Source of the DNA: an uncultured Victivallis sp.
Lineage (GTDB): Bacteria > Verrucomicrobiota > Lentisphaeria > Victivallales > GWF2-50-93
Direction: 5' to 3'
DNA: 64,000 nucleotides
NCBI GenBank assembly: GCA_964600895.1
Contig: CAZRKP010000002.1
Span: 78,220 to 142,219, forward strand
Both the position numbers and the translations under genes were made by a program. This document shows positions 1 to 8,194 of this stretch, piece after piece; within the stretch, counting starts at the first letter, position 1; every line of letters begins with the position of its first letter. The notes under the pieces are model-generated. The model saw only the letters and a list, made by a program, of their open reading frames with translations, ran no database searches and was not told where the DNA came from.

Positions 1-64
1 TCGCAGATTCGATGTGCAAGGAACTGAAGGATTTGTCTGTCAAACAGAAATAACGGGGGAACCA

Positions 65-523
65 ATGAAACTTAAAAAGATACTTTCCGAGAAGAGAAGA
101 AGCAATCATGTATATTCCATACGGGCGAATGCAAGCATCAAGGAGGCGGCGGAGAAGATGACCGAGCACAATGTCGGATGCCTTCTCGTGACGGATCCAG
201 GCAATCCTGAGAAGTTCATCGGCATAATTGCGCAGACGGACATAATAAGGAAATGCGCGACCGATGAAAATTTCCGCGAAGTGGAGGTCCATACGGTCAT
301 GACCCGGGAAATGATCGTTGCGACCGGCGAGGACGAGGTGGAGTATATCGTCAAGGTAATGAACAGGCATAAGATCCATCATATCCCGGTGATTGAAAAG
401 GGCAGGATATGCGGGATCATTTCAATAACCGACATAGTCGGCTCCATGCATGAGGAGGATGAGATCAAGATCCGCTACCTCAGCGATTACATGGGGGGAA
501 CCTACGGAAGCAATGTCTATTGA
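65..523 (+). CDS. CBS-pair domain protein
   Basis: The ORF is 14..523. It has two CBS-like modules (HNVGCLLVTD..., HHIPVIEKGRICGIISITDIV). The ATG at 65 follows a GGGGGA RBS and is more plausible than the GTG at 14. Confidence 0.75.
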   Translation: MKLKKILSEKRRSNHVYSIRANASIKEAAEKMTEHNVGCLLVTDPGNPEKFIGIIAQTDIIRKCATDENFREVEVHTVMTREMIVATGEDEVEYIVKVMNRHKIHHIPVIEKGRICGIISITDIVGSMHEEDEIKIRYLSDYMGGTYGSNVY

Positions 524-1079
524 AAAAAGTCCTGCTTCAGGATCCCGCATGTCAAGAACTTCAAAAATAGGGCTTCCTCGTCCTAAGATACTCATTTCTG
601 AAAGACGTATCCGCAGGAGGATCTCTGTTCTCGGCAGGCGTATCACCAAGGACTTCATGGGTGGAGAACTTACGGTGATCTATGTCACCAACGGTGCTCT
701 CATCTTCTCGGCCGACCTTGTCAGGCAGATAAAACTTCCCATAAAGATTGAAAACATCAGCGCCTCCTCCTATTCATCAAACAAGAATACAGGCAGACTG
801 AAGATACGGTTGCCAGCCGCTCTTAATGTAAAGGGCAGGCATGTGCTTGTTGTAGATGACATCCTTGACAGCGGGAAGACGCTTGCAAAGATAGCCGGAA
901 GGCTCAAGAGACAGAGACCTGCCAGTATAAAAATCTGCGTCCTTCTTGAAAAGGACATTGGCTTCAGGAGCGGTATCAAGGCGGATTATGTTGGTTTCAA
1001 GATACCTTGTTTCTTCGTCTATGGATACGGTCTCGACTACAAGGATTACTGCAGGAACATCCCATATCTCGCCAGATAA
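513..1079 (+). CDS. hpt: hypoxanthine phosphoribosyltransferase
   Basis: It has the PRPP-binding motif VLVVDDILDSGKT and a C-terminal YVGFKIP..FVYGYGLDY typical of HPRT. The ORF-track start at 450 overlaps the CBS gene. Likely starts are ATG 513 or ATG 549. Confidence 0.85.
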   Translation: MSIEKSPASGSRMSRTSKIGLPRPKILISERRIRRRISVLGRRITKDFMGGELTVIYVTNGALIFSADLVRQIKLPIKIENISASSYSSNKNTGRLKIRLPAALNVKGRHVLVVDDILDSGKTLAKIAGRLKRQRPASIKICVLLEKDIGFRSGIKADYVGFKIPCFFVYGYGLDYKDYCRNIPYLAR

Positions 1080-1214
1080 TATAAAGTGCCTGTCAGGCAA
1101 TGAGTTGAGCGGAAAGTGATTTGTAGACAATTGTAAAAGAGAGTACCCTCTGTATCTTTGACGGCTTCAAGAACAAAAATATGCCATAAAGGCGTATTAA
1201 AAGGAGAAAGAAAA

Positions 1215-1454
1215 ATGAAGAAAATGATGATCGCCGCACTGGTCGCCGTCGCAATGTCAATGGGAGTCTATGCAGAGGAAGCAAAGGCTGAAGCAAAGGC
1301 CGATGCCAAGGCTGCTGATGCCAAGGTTGTCTGCGCAGAATGCGCAAAGCTTGCCAAGGAGGCAAAAGAAGGCGAGAAGGCAAAGCTCTGTCCTGCCTGC
1401 CAGAAAAAGGCTGATGAAGCTGCTGCTGCCGCCAAGAAGGAAGAGGCCAAATAA
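1215..1454 (+). CDS. small secreted Lys/Ala/Glu-rich protein with two CxxC motifs
   Basis: AAAGGAGA RBS lies upstream of ATG 1215. The signal peptide is MKKMMIAALVAVAMSMGVYA|EE. The mature ~59 aa carry CAEC...CPAC. The gene has its own rho-independent terminator. Confidence 0.8.
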   Translation: MKKMMIAALVAVAMSMGVYAEEAKAEAKADAKAADAKVVCAECAKLAKEAKEGEKAKLCPACQKKADEAAAAAKKEEAK

Positions 1455-1483
1455 CTGAATTAAATTTCAGTTTGAATCATAAG

Positions 1484-1518
1484 CGCGCCAGATGCAAAAA
1501 CGTCTGGCGCGTTTTTTA
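1484..1518 (+). terminator. rho-independent terminator
   Basis: A GC-rich hairpin cgcgccaga-N-tctggcgcg is followed by TTTTTT. Confidence 0.8.
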
Positions 1519-1593
1519 TTGCATGCAATGTTGAAAAAAAGTGTTTTTGACCTACTTTAGCGCCGATAAAAAACCATAAAAAGGAGAGAGACA

Positions 1594-1878
1594 ATGAAGA
1601 AACTGATGACCATCGCCCTGGTTGCCGTCGCAATGTCAATGGGAGTTTACGCTGAGGAAGCAAAGGCCGAGGCAAAGGCAGAAGCGAAGCCGTGCGACAA
1701 GGCCGCTGTCAAGATGGAATGCAAAGGTGAAATGAAGGCATGCGAGGGTTGCGCGAAGCTGAACAAGGATCTCAAGGAAGGCGAACAGCCCAAATACTGC
1801 TGCGACGCATGCAAGAAGAAGGCTGAAGAGGCCGCCGCCAAGAAGGCAGCTGAAGCCAAGAAGGAAGAAGCAAAATAA
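1594..1878 (+). CDS. small secreted Lys/Ala/Glu/Cys-rich protein, paralogue of 1215..1454
   Basis: AAAGGAGAGAG RBS is present. The signal peptide is nearly identical (MKKLMTIALVAVAMSMGVYA|EEAKAEAK). The conserved core is C-x-G-C-AKL-x-K-x-x-KEGE-x4-C-C-x-x-C. Confidence 0.8.
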   Translation: MKKLMTIALVAVAMSMGVYAEEAKAEAKAEAKPCDKAAVKMECKGEMKACEGCAKLNKDLKEGEQPKYCCDACKKKAEEAAAKKAAEAKKEEAK

Positions 1879-1904
1879 CTTATCCTTTCATCTTATAAGT
1901 TAAA

Positions 1905-1940
1905 ACGCGCCAAGTGTTCAAACACATGGCGCGTTTTTTT
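1905..1940 (+). terminator. rho-independent terminator, possibly shared with the convergent GH4 gene
   Basis: A hairpin cgcgccaagtgtt-caa-acacatggcgcg is followed by a T7 run. Confidence 0.8.
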
Positions 1941-1952
1941 CTGAACAGTTAA

Positions 1953-3440
1953 TTATTTCTTAGATGTCTTCCTTACCTTGAGCCGTGCCGCCCCCTTGTA
2001 TCCTTTTCTGGTAGGAAGCTGTTTTCCTTTGGAAAGACGTTGCTTTGCCTCCGCTATGGCCCTCTTGTACTGTGGCAGCCATTTTGCTTCAGCGACAAGC
2101 ATCTCGTCCGTCATCTGCCAGATCTCCGGAGGATTGCACACAGCACCTACCAGAGGATCCATCATCATTGCCTGCCTGAGGAGGGTGTCGTTGCCGTTCA
2201 CTGCCGCTTCGACGGACAACCTCTGCACTGATATGCTCGCATTGCATACGGCTGCGCATCCAAGGGGAAGATCGCCAACCTTTGGGATGCTGATGCCGTT
2301 CCTGTCTGCATAGCAGGGAACTTCCACGATCGCATCATCCGGGAGGTTGGAGATGCAGCCATTGTTGACGATATTGAAATGGCCACGGTAGACTCTTCCT
2401 GTTTCAAGCCCTTCAATAATGAAAGAACCGTGTTCATGGCTACGCTTTTCTTCGACATATGCCATTGCCGGTTCCTTCATCCATTTCGGAAAGTCAGTCT
2501 CGAACCAGTTCCTGCCTTCGGTGCAGACCCTGAGATATCCGCCTGTCTCTCCATCTATCCATGATGACATGCTGATCCAGTTCTTGATCTCCTTCTCGCG
2601 TTTGCGGTACCAGGCCACATATTCTGAAAGATGCCCGTTCGATTCGGTACTGAAATAACCGAAACGCCTGATCATGTCGATACGGACCTTCTCATTCTTA
2701 CTGTAATCAGGATGAAGTTCAAATCCCTCGAGCATCCTGCCGGTCCAGTCCTGACCTTTGTAATTTATCCTTATGTACCAGGTTTGGTGGTTGATGCCTG
2801 CGCAGATGATGTCAACATCCTTCTGGGACACTTTCTCATAGCCCTTGTCGCCTTTCTCTGTGCCTTTGTCCTTGTTGACAAGGAGTTCAATGACCTTTGA
2901 GATCATCCCGTGCCCTCCCTGGACTCCGTGACAGAGGCCCAGCGTGCGGACCCTGCCATACTTGTTCGCCGCCCAGGTGATCATGGCGTTGGGATTTGCA
3001 TAATTTAGGAGAAGCGCATCAGGGGCGCAAACCTCCCGGATATCCTTGCAGAAATCAAGGACTGCCGCGATTCCACGCTGGCCGTACATGATTCCTCCTG
3101 CGCACAGGGTGTCGCCAACGCACTGGTCGACACCATATTTCAGGGGAATGTCGACATCCAGCGCGAATGCCTCGAGTCCACCGATCCTGACGACATTCAC
3201 AATATATTTGGCATCCTTGAGAGCCTGTCGCCGGTTCGTTGTGGCCTCTATCTTGATTTTTAGTCCGTTCGACTCGATGTCACGCTGGCAGAGCTTTGCA
3301 ACCATTTCGAGATTCTTTGCATTGATGTCCGTGAACGAGATCCTGATGTCCTTGAACTCGGGGACCGTCAGGATGTCGGAGAGCAGCTTTCTCGTGAAAC
3401 CCAAGCTTCCAGCTCCGATGAATGCAATCTTGAAAGACAT
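1953..3440 (-). CDS. glycoside hydrolase family 4 (MelA/AglA-like alpha-galactosidase or alpha-glucosidase)
   Basis: The N-terminal NAD fold is KIAFIGAGSLGF. Motifs LCHGVQG, CAGINHQTW and the NLPDD..VEVPC region closely resemble E. coli MelA. A GGAGG RBS precedes the ATG at 3440; the ORF track starts 12 nt upstream at 3452. Confidence 0.85.
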   Translation of the reverse strand: MSFKIAFIGAGSLGFTRKLLSDILTVPEFKDIRISFTDINAKNLEMVAKLCQRDIESNGLKIKIEATTNRRQALKDAKYIVNVVRIGGLEAFALDVDIPLKYGVDQCVGDTLCAGGIMYGQRGIAAVLDFCKDIREVCAPDALLLNYANPNAMITWAANKYGRVRTLGLCHGVQGGHGMISKVIELLVNKDKGTEKGDKGYEKVSQKDVDIICAGINHQTWYIRINYKGQDWTGRMLEGFELHPDYSKNEKVRIDMIRRFGYFSTESNGHLSEYVAWYRKREKEIKNWISMSSWIDGETGGYLRVCTEGRNWFETDFPKWMKEPAMAYVEEKRSHEHGSFIIEGLETGRVYRGHFNIVNNGCISNLPDDAIVEVPCYADRNGISIPKVGDLPLGCAAVCNASISVQRLSVEAAVNGNDTLLRQAMMMDPLVGAVCNPPEIWQMTDEMLVAEAKWLPQYKRAIAEAKQRLSKGKQLPTRKGYKGAARLKVRKTSKK

Positions 3441-3511
3441 TTTTTCCTCCATTAATTTCTCTTTTGAAATAAAAAATATATTTATTATGCTGTATATTTT
3501 AAGATGCTATT

Positions 3512-4420
3512 ATGAATAGTAAATATGACAAAGATGCTATGAATGGTAAAATCATGCTAAAAGAGATGACGAGGCTTCCATTGAAAGAGATGAGTCTCGT
3601 CTTTCCGGCAAGGACCGTACCTCTGCACTCGATGCTGACAAGCTGCGGACATTCACGGAGGAACTCGACCGAATACAACTGGCATGGATTGAAGCGTGGC
3701 AGAACAGAATTTGTACTCTGGCAGTATACCATCTCCGGACTTGGCAGGCTCGAATATGAAGGCAAGTCCTTCGATATGACGCCTGGAAGAGGCATGCTGT
3801 TGCATATTCCCCATGATCACAGATATTATTTCCCGGAAGAGTCGGATGGATGGGAGTTCATCTATATCTGTTTCCACGGGCGCGAGGTCATACGTGTGTG
3901 CAATGACATTATAAAAAAAGCAGGACCAGTGAATGTGTTTGAAGTTCCGGGAAGGACGATTGAGACTGCAGTCGATATCCTGGGAATGGCATTTGAAGGA
4001 CAAATTTCAACACCATACATGTCATCATCGCTTGCTTACCGGCTCTCGATGTCCCTGACAGACGATCTCCTGCCTGAAAGCTCAATGAAGGGTGAAACGC
4101 CCGGTTTCCTCCAGAGGATCAATGATTACTGCCGTGATAATCCTGAAAAGGATCTTGATGTCGGGGAACTTGCGAGGATCGCAGGTTACAGCCGCTACCA
4201 TTTCACAAGGCTCTTTACTGAGAAACGCGGAATCTCTCCTGGTGCTTTCATCAGGGAGCGCAGGCTTGCACGCTCAGTCAAAATGCTTCAGTCAGGCAAT
4301 CTTCCGATCAAAGAGGTGTCTTCGGCATGCGGTTTCGAGGATGCAAGTTACTTTTGCAAGGCGTTCCGCAAGGCTTACGGTGTATCCCCGGCAAAGTTCA
4401 GGAATTCCGGAATGTATTGA
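3512..4420 (+). CDS. AraC family transcriptional regulator
   Basis: It has an N-terminal cupin-like sensor and a C-terminal double HTH (ELARIAGYSRYHFTRLF...VSSACGFEDASYFCKAFRKAYG). It is divergent from the GH4 gene. Confidence 0.85.
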   Translation: MNSKYDKDAMNGKIMLKEMTRLPLKEMSLVFPARTVPLHSMLTSCGHSRRNSTEYNWHGLKRGRTEFVLWQYTISGLGRLEYEGKSFDMTPGRGMLLHIPHDHRYYFPEESDGWEFIYICFHGREVIRVCNDIIKKAGPVNVFEVPGRTIETAVDILGMAFEGQISTPYMSSSLAYRLSMSLTDDLLPESSMKGETPGFLQRINDYCRDNPEKDLDVGELARIAGYSRYHFTRLFTEKRGISPGAFIRERRLARSVKMLQSGNLPIKEVSSACGFEDASYFCKAFRKAYGVSPAKFRNSGMY

Positions 4421-4528
4421 TAACCGATCCTGCCTGTACTTGATTTTCCGCGAAAAGACATTATTTTTCCGCCCTTGGGCTGAAATGATCAAAATAGGAA
4501 TCTTAATATAATAAATAGGAGTGGAACC

Positions 4529-5824
4529 GTGTCCCTTAATCCTCAGGCAGTCGAACTGAACGATGCTATCAAGGCATGCAATCCACACGTCTATGACATG
4601 CTCTGCGAGCGCGGAAGGAAGATATATTTCCCGAAACGCGGAATACTTGCCCAGTCAGCGGAAGCGAACGGCAAGCAGGTGAATGCAACTATAGGAACTG
4701 CATTGGAGGACAACGGCCAGTCCATGGCCCTGAAATCACTTACAGGCCAGCTTTCAGGGGTTCCGGTGTCCGCATTCGGTTATGCGCCGAGTCCGGGAAG
4801 ACCGGAATTCAGGAAGATGTGGGGTGAGATGCTTTCCAAGAAGAATCCGTCGATGAAAGGTGCAGCTGTCAGTCTTCCGGTCGTAACCAGCGCCCTTACT
4901 CATGGACTGTCCATGGCCGGATACCTTTTTACCGATGAGAATGACACTGTAATAATCCCCGATCTATATTGGGAGAACTATGATCTTATTTTCAATCTCG
5001 CATATGGCGCTAAGATTGAAACTTATCCAACTTTCGCAGGCAAAGGGTACAATATCGAAGGATTGAGGAAATCCTTGAACGCAGGTCCCGTAGGCAAGAA
5101 GGTCCTGATATTGAATTTCCCGAACAATCCTACCGGTTATACGATAACCGACACCGAGGCGGTCCAGATCAGGGATATGATTGTTGAGTGTGCGAAAAAG
5201 GGCAATAATATAGTGGCGCTGATCGATGACGCGTATTTTGGACTTGTGTTTGAGAAAGGGATATTCACCGAGTCGCTGTTTGCCTATCTTGCAAACGCCC
5301 ATGAGCGTATCCTGGCAATGAAGCTTGACGGTCCCACCAAGGAGGACTACGTATGGGGATTCCGTGTCGGATTTGCGACATTCGGATGCGCGAAGAACGA
5401 TGCCAAGATGTATGCTGCACTCGAAGGCAAGCTTGCCGGTGCGATCAGGGGGAACATCTCCAACGTCAATAATCTCGGGCAGACCATGCTCCTCAACGCA
5501 TATTCGCATACAGGATATGCCGCCGAGAAGAAGGAGAAGTTCGACATCCTCGAGGCACGCTTCAAGAAGATCAGGGAGATCCTGGCGAAGCATCCCGAGT
5601 ATTCAGAGGTCTTTGAAGCTCTTCCGTTCAACTCCGGATATTTCATGTGCGTCCAGTTCAAGAAGGACGCCGAACCAGTACGCCAGCTGCTTCTCTCAAA
5701 ATACAGTGCCGGGACAATTGTCTTTGGCAAGGTCATGCGACTGGCATTCTCAGCAACCCCGCTGGGCAAGCTTGAAGGACTCTTTGATGCGGTCTACAAG
5801 GCCGGCAAGGAAGCGCTTGGATAA
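4529..5824 (+). CDS. class I/II PLP-dependent aminotransferase
   Basis: GTG start. Motifs NFPNNPTGY and LIDDAYFGL are typical of fold-type I aminotransferases. Substrate is unknown. Confidence 0.75.
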   Translation: MSLNPQAVELNDAIKACNPHVYDMLCERGRKIYFPKRGILAQSAEANGKQVNATIGTALEDNGQSMALKSLTGQLSGVPVSAFGYAPSPGRPEFRKMWGEMLSKKNPSMKGAAVSLPVVTSALTHGLSMAGYLFTDENDTVIIPDLYWENYDLIFNLAYGAKIETYPTFAGKGYNIEGLRKSLNAGPVGKKVLILNFPNNPTGYTITDTEAVQIRDMIVECAKKGNNIVALIDDAYFGLVFEKGIFTESLFAYLANAHERILAMKLDGPTKEDYVWGFRVGFATFGCAKNDAKMYAALEGKLAGAIRGNISNVNNLGQTMLLNAYSHTGYAAEKKEKFDILEARFKKIREILAKHPEYSEVFEALPFNSGYFMCVQFKKDAEPVRQLLLSKYSAGTIVFGKVMRLAFSATPLGKLEGLFDAVYKAGKEALG

Positions 5825-5862
5825 GCTTTGACCCAACATATGATTGACATCCGACGGGAAGA

Positions 5863-7131
5863 TTGAAAATGGATCCATCGAAAGACATTTCCAACTTGGA
5901 GAGTGAGAGGATGTCCGACATCCTCGACACCATTGGGAAGTTTCTGGAAAAGACCCCCATTCCGAATAAAACTGAACTCCTTAAAAGGGTTCAAGACCTT
6001 AAAGGATTCATCTTTGAGGGGAGAGCCCCGAGGATCATGATAATCGGCAGGAGAGGGGCTGGTAAATCATCATTGCTCAATGCCATCCTCGGTGAGAAGC
6101 TTGCTGGAACAGGTTCCGTCCTTTCGGAGACAGGGAATGCAAAATGGTATTCTCATGGAAGCTCGCTCGGTGAGATAGAAATTCTTGATACGAGGGGGCT
6201 TGGGGACAGTACAAGACCTGAAGCCTCTAAATTCAAAAGCTCCCTGGAAGACATAAAAGAGGAAATCAGGAAGTGCTGCCCTGACGCCGTTCTTTTCCTT
6301 TGCAAGGCCAAGGAGGTGGATGCGCATATCGGGGTGGATATTGGACAACTTTCAGAGATCAGGGATTTCATCAGGGACAAGCATTACTATGAAATTCCTG
6401 TAATCGCGGTAATTACCCAGGTGGATGAGCTTGATCCTGTAAGGGTCTCTGAACCGCCTTATGACGATCAGTGGAAAAAGGACAATATCGGATTGGCTGT
6501 AAGGACAGTTGAAAAGGCCCTTGACGCGAAGTTGCCAGGGCTTGTCAGGGCTTTTCCTGTATCCGCACTTGCAGAATATGATGATGAGGGAAAAAGGACT
6601 TATGAAAGGTTCTGGAACATAGATGTTCTTTCAAATTTTCTTCTTGATGTGCTTCCAAAGGAGACAAAGATGCAGTTTGCCAGGGCTTCGAGGATAAAGG
6701 GCGCACAGGTCAGGATCGCCCGCAACATGGTCAGAAGCGTCTCCATAGTATGTGCAGGGATAGCCGTTGAACCGATTCCAGTAGCCGACATGATACCTAT
6801 CACTTCTCTCCAGGTAGCCATGATAACGGGGATTGCCTACCTTTCTGGAAGGAAGCTGGACAAGAAGGGGGCGGTTGATTTTATGACTGCCGCCGGACTT
6901 AACCTTGGCGCTGCATATGGACTGAGGGAACTCGCCAGACAGCTTGTAAAGCTCATTCCTGTAGCGGGGAGCGTGATTTCACCCGCAATAGCATATGCCG
7001 GAACCTGGGCAATTGGCAATGCGGCCATCTCCTATTTCATCAAGGAAGAGAAAATGGAAAATATAAAGAAGGACATGAAGACTTCAAGGGAGGAGGCCGA
7101 AAAGGAATTCAGCAAGGGCATTGAAAAGTAA
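5863..7131 (+). CDS. membrane-associated GTPase with C-terminal DUF697-like domain
   Basis: P-loop GRRGAGKSSLLNAILG, G3 DTRGLGD and G4-like TQVD are present. The C-terminal ~130 aa are hydrophobic and Gly/Ala-rich (EPIPVADMIPITSLQ...IPVAGSVISPAIAYAGTWAIG), like DUF697. An alternative ATG lies at 5869. Confidence 0.7.
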   Translation: MKMDPSKDISNLESERMSDILDTIGKFLEKTPIPNKTELLKRVQDLKGFIFEGRAPRIMIIGRRGAGKSSLLNAILGEKLAGTGSVLSETGNAKWYSHGSSLGEIEILDTRGLGDSTRPEASKFKSSLEDIKEEIRKCCPDAVLFLCKAKEVDAHIGVDIGQLSEIRDFIRDKHYYEIPVIAVITQVDELDPVRVSEPPYDDQWKKDNIGLAVRTVEKALDAKLPGLVRAFPVSALAEYDDEGKRTYERFWNIDVLSNFLLDVLPKETKMQFARASRIKGAQVRIARNMVRSVSIVCAGIAVEPIPVADMIPITSLQVAMITGIAYLSGRKLDKKGAVDFMTAAGLNLGAAYGLRELARQLVKLIPVAGSVISPAIAYAGTWAIGNAAISYFIKEEKMENIKKDMKTSREEAEKEFSKGIEK

Positions 7132-7149
7132 AAACACCTTTCCTCGATT

Positions 7150-7473
7150 TCATCTTTCCCGTCTGCACTTGTGCTTGTCATGTTCATTCTTCCACTTGTG
7201 AGGGAAGTTTCTGCATTGGACAGGGCGTACTTCGTATATACTGCACTGAGGAGGATTGTCCGAGAAGAAGATACAAGTGCCGTCAGGATTTTCGTTGAGG
7301 GAAAGACCGCGCCTGTCTGCGGTTACAACGGTCATCTTATCTATGAATTCCAATACATCCAATCCCAAGTTTTCTGCGATGATATCCGCCTCCTCCTGCG
7401 AAATCCGCACATAGCCGTGCCATCTGCAGCAGTCGCCACAGCGGAGGCATTGAAATTTGATGTCTGCCATCAT
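7150..7473 (-). CDS. YkgJ/UPF0153 family cysteine-cluster (Zn/Fe-chelating) protein
   Basis: It has the CLRCGDCCRWHGYVRISQEEADII motif and a distal C..C pair. The TTG at 7512 used by the ORF track coincides with a TTGACA -35-like box, so the ATG at 7473 is preferred. Confidence 0.7.
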   Translation of the reverse strand: MMADIKFQCLRCGDCCRWHGYVRISQEEADIIAENLGLDVLEFIDKMTVVTADRRGLSLNENPDGTCIFFSDNPPQCSIYEVRPVQCRNFPHKWKNEHDKHKCRRER

Positions 7474-7482
7474 GATTGTCTT

Positions 7483-7512
7483 ATTTAAAATTACATAATC
7501 CCTAAATGTCAA
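7483..7512 (-). promoter_or_regulatory. putative sigma70-type promoter (TTGACA-N18-TTAAAT) for the YkgJ-like gene
   Basis: The minus strand reads TTGACATTTAGGGATTATGTAATTTTAAAT and ends 9 nt before ATG 7473. This was called by eye only. Confidence 0.3.
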
Positions 7513-7541
7513 GCATCATTGGAAAGGTGCTTAATTATGCA

Positions 7542-8039
7542 CTACCATCCCAAACTTGTGAAATAACCGCGATATAGCATTAATATGCCACAGAGAATAG
7601 CTAAAAACATAGGAGGAAATGCTATTAAAATTCTCCTTTTTTGAACAGGCAGACGAGTGTATAGTGCAAATGAAAGAAAGAATGTTAAAGGGACTAGTAT
7701 ATACTGAAGCAAACCTGCCGAACTTACAAATTCAAGTAAGGCGTTATTTGCCTTGGCGCCGGAGATTTCACATTCCATATGATATTTCTCGGAAGATGTT
7801 AATTCACGTTCTGCTGGCGAACCATCTTCATTGCGGGGTCCTCTGACTTGACGCCATCTTTTTTCGGTTGTTATTGGTGACTCACGCCATTTAACTGGAC
7901 CGTTATCTTGGTTATCATTGTAAAATTCGCGGTTGGGTAATCGATAACCGGATTCTCGATTTAGAATTTCTATTCTTATACATATAAAGCTCATTATCAG
8001 AGCAATAAGATATGTTATGACTGTTAATTTATATTTCAT
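7542..8039 (-). CDS. hypothetical membrane protein (AT-rich orphan)
   Basis: It has an N-terminal TM helix, a polar central region and two or three C-terminal TM helices. I recognised no motif. The local sequence is visibly AT-rich. Confidence 0.55.
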   Translation of the reverse strand: MKYKLTVITYLIALIMSFICIRIEILNRESGYRLPNREFYNDNQDNGPVKWRESPITTEKRWRQVRGPRNEDGSPAERELTSSEKYHMECEISGAKANNALLEFVSSAGLLQYILVPLTFFLSFALYTRLPVQKRRILIAFPPMFLAILCGILMLYRGYFTSLGW

Positions 8040-8194
8040 AGATGAATGTTTAGGTAAAATATTAACTTGGAATACAAACTTTAGTTTGTCCTGAATCTTT
8101 TTAAAGTCAAGTTGGCTAAAGCTTGTACTCCAATAATATCTCTAAAAGCAGTAAGTCATGTTGAGTTCTTGAGCCACGTGCATTTACTCACCTT

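Noticed and set aside
4964-5593. A 209-aa antisense ORF lies inside the aminotransferase gene. Similar long shadow ORFs occur at 18021-18683, 45828-46412, 46797-47531, 48303-48941, 50558-51325, 38300-38794 and 35611-36126.
   Set aside because: Each lies wholly within a well-supported gene on the opposite strand or in another frame. They have low-complexity or Arg/Ser/Pro-biased composition and no recognisable motifs. They are typical shadow ORFs.
7474-7512. A TTG start at 7512 would extend the YkgJ-like ORF by 13 codons.
   Set aside because: That TTG is the first half of a TTGACA hexamer positioned as a -35 box. The extension (MTFRDYVILNKTI) is not part of the conserved Cys-cluster domain.
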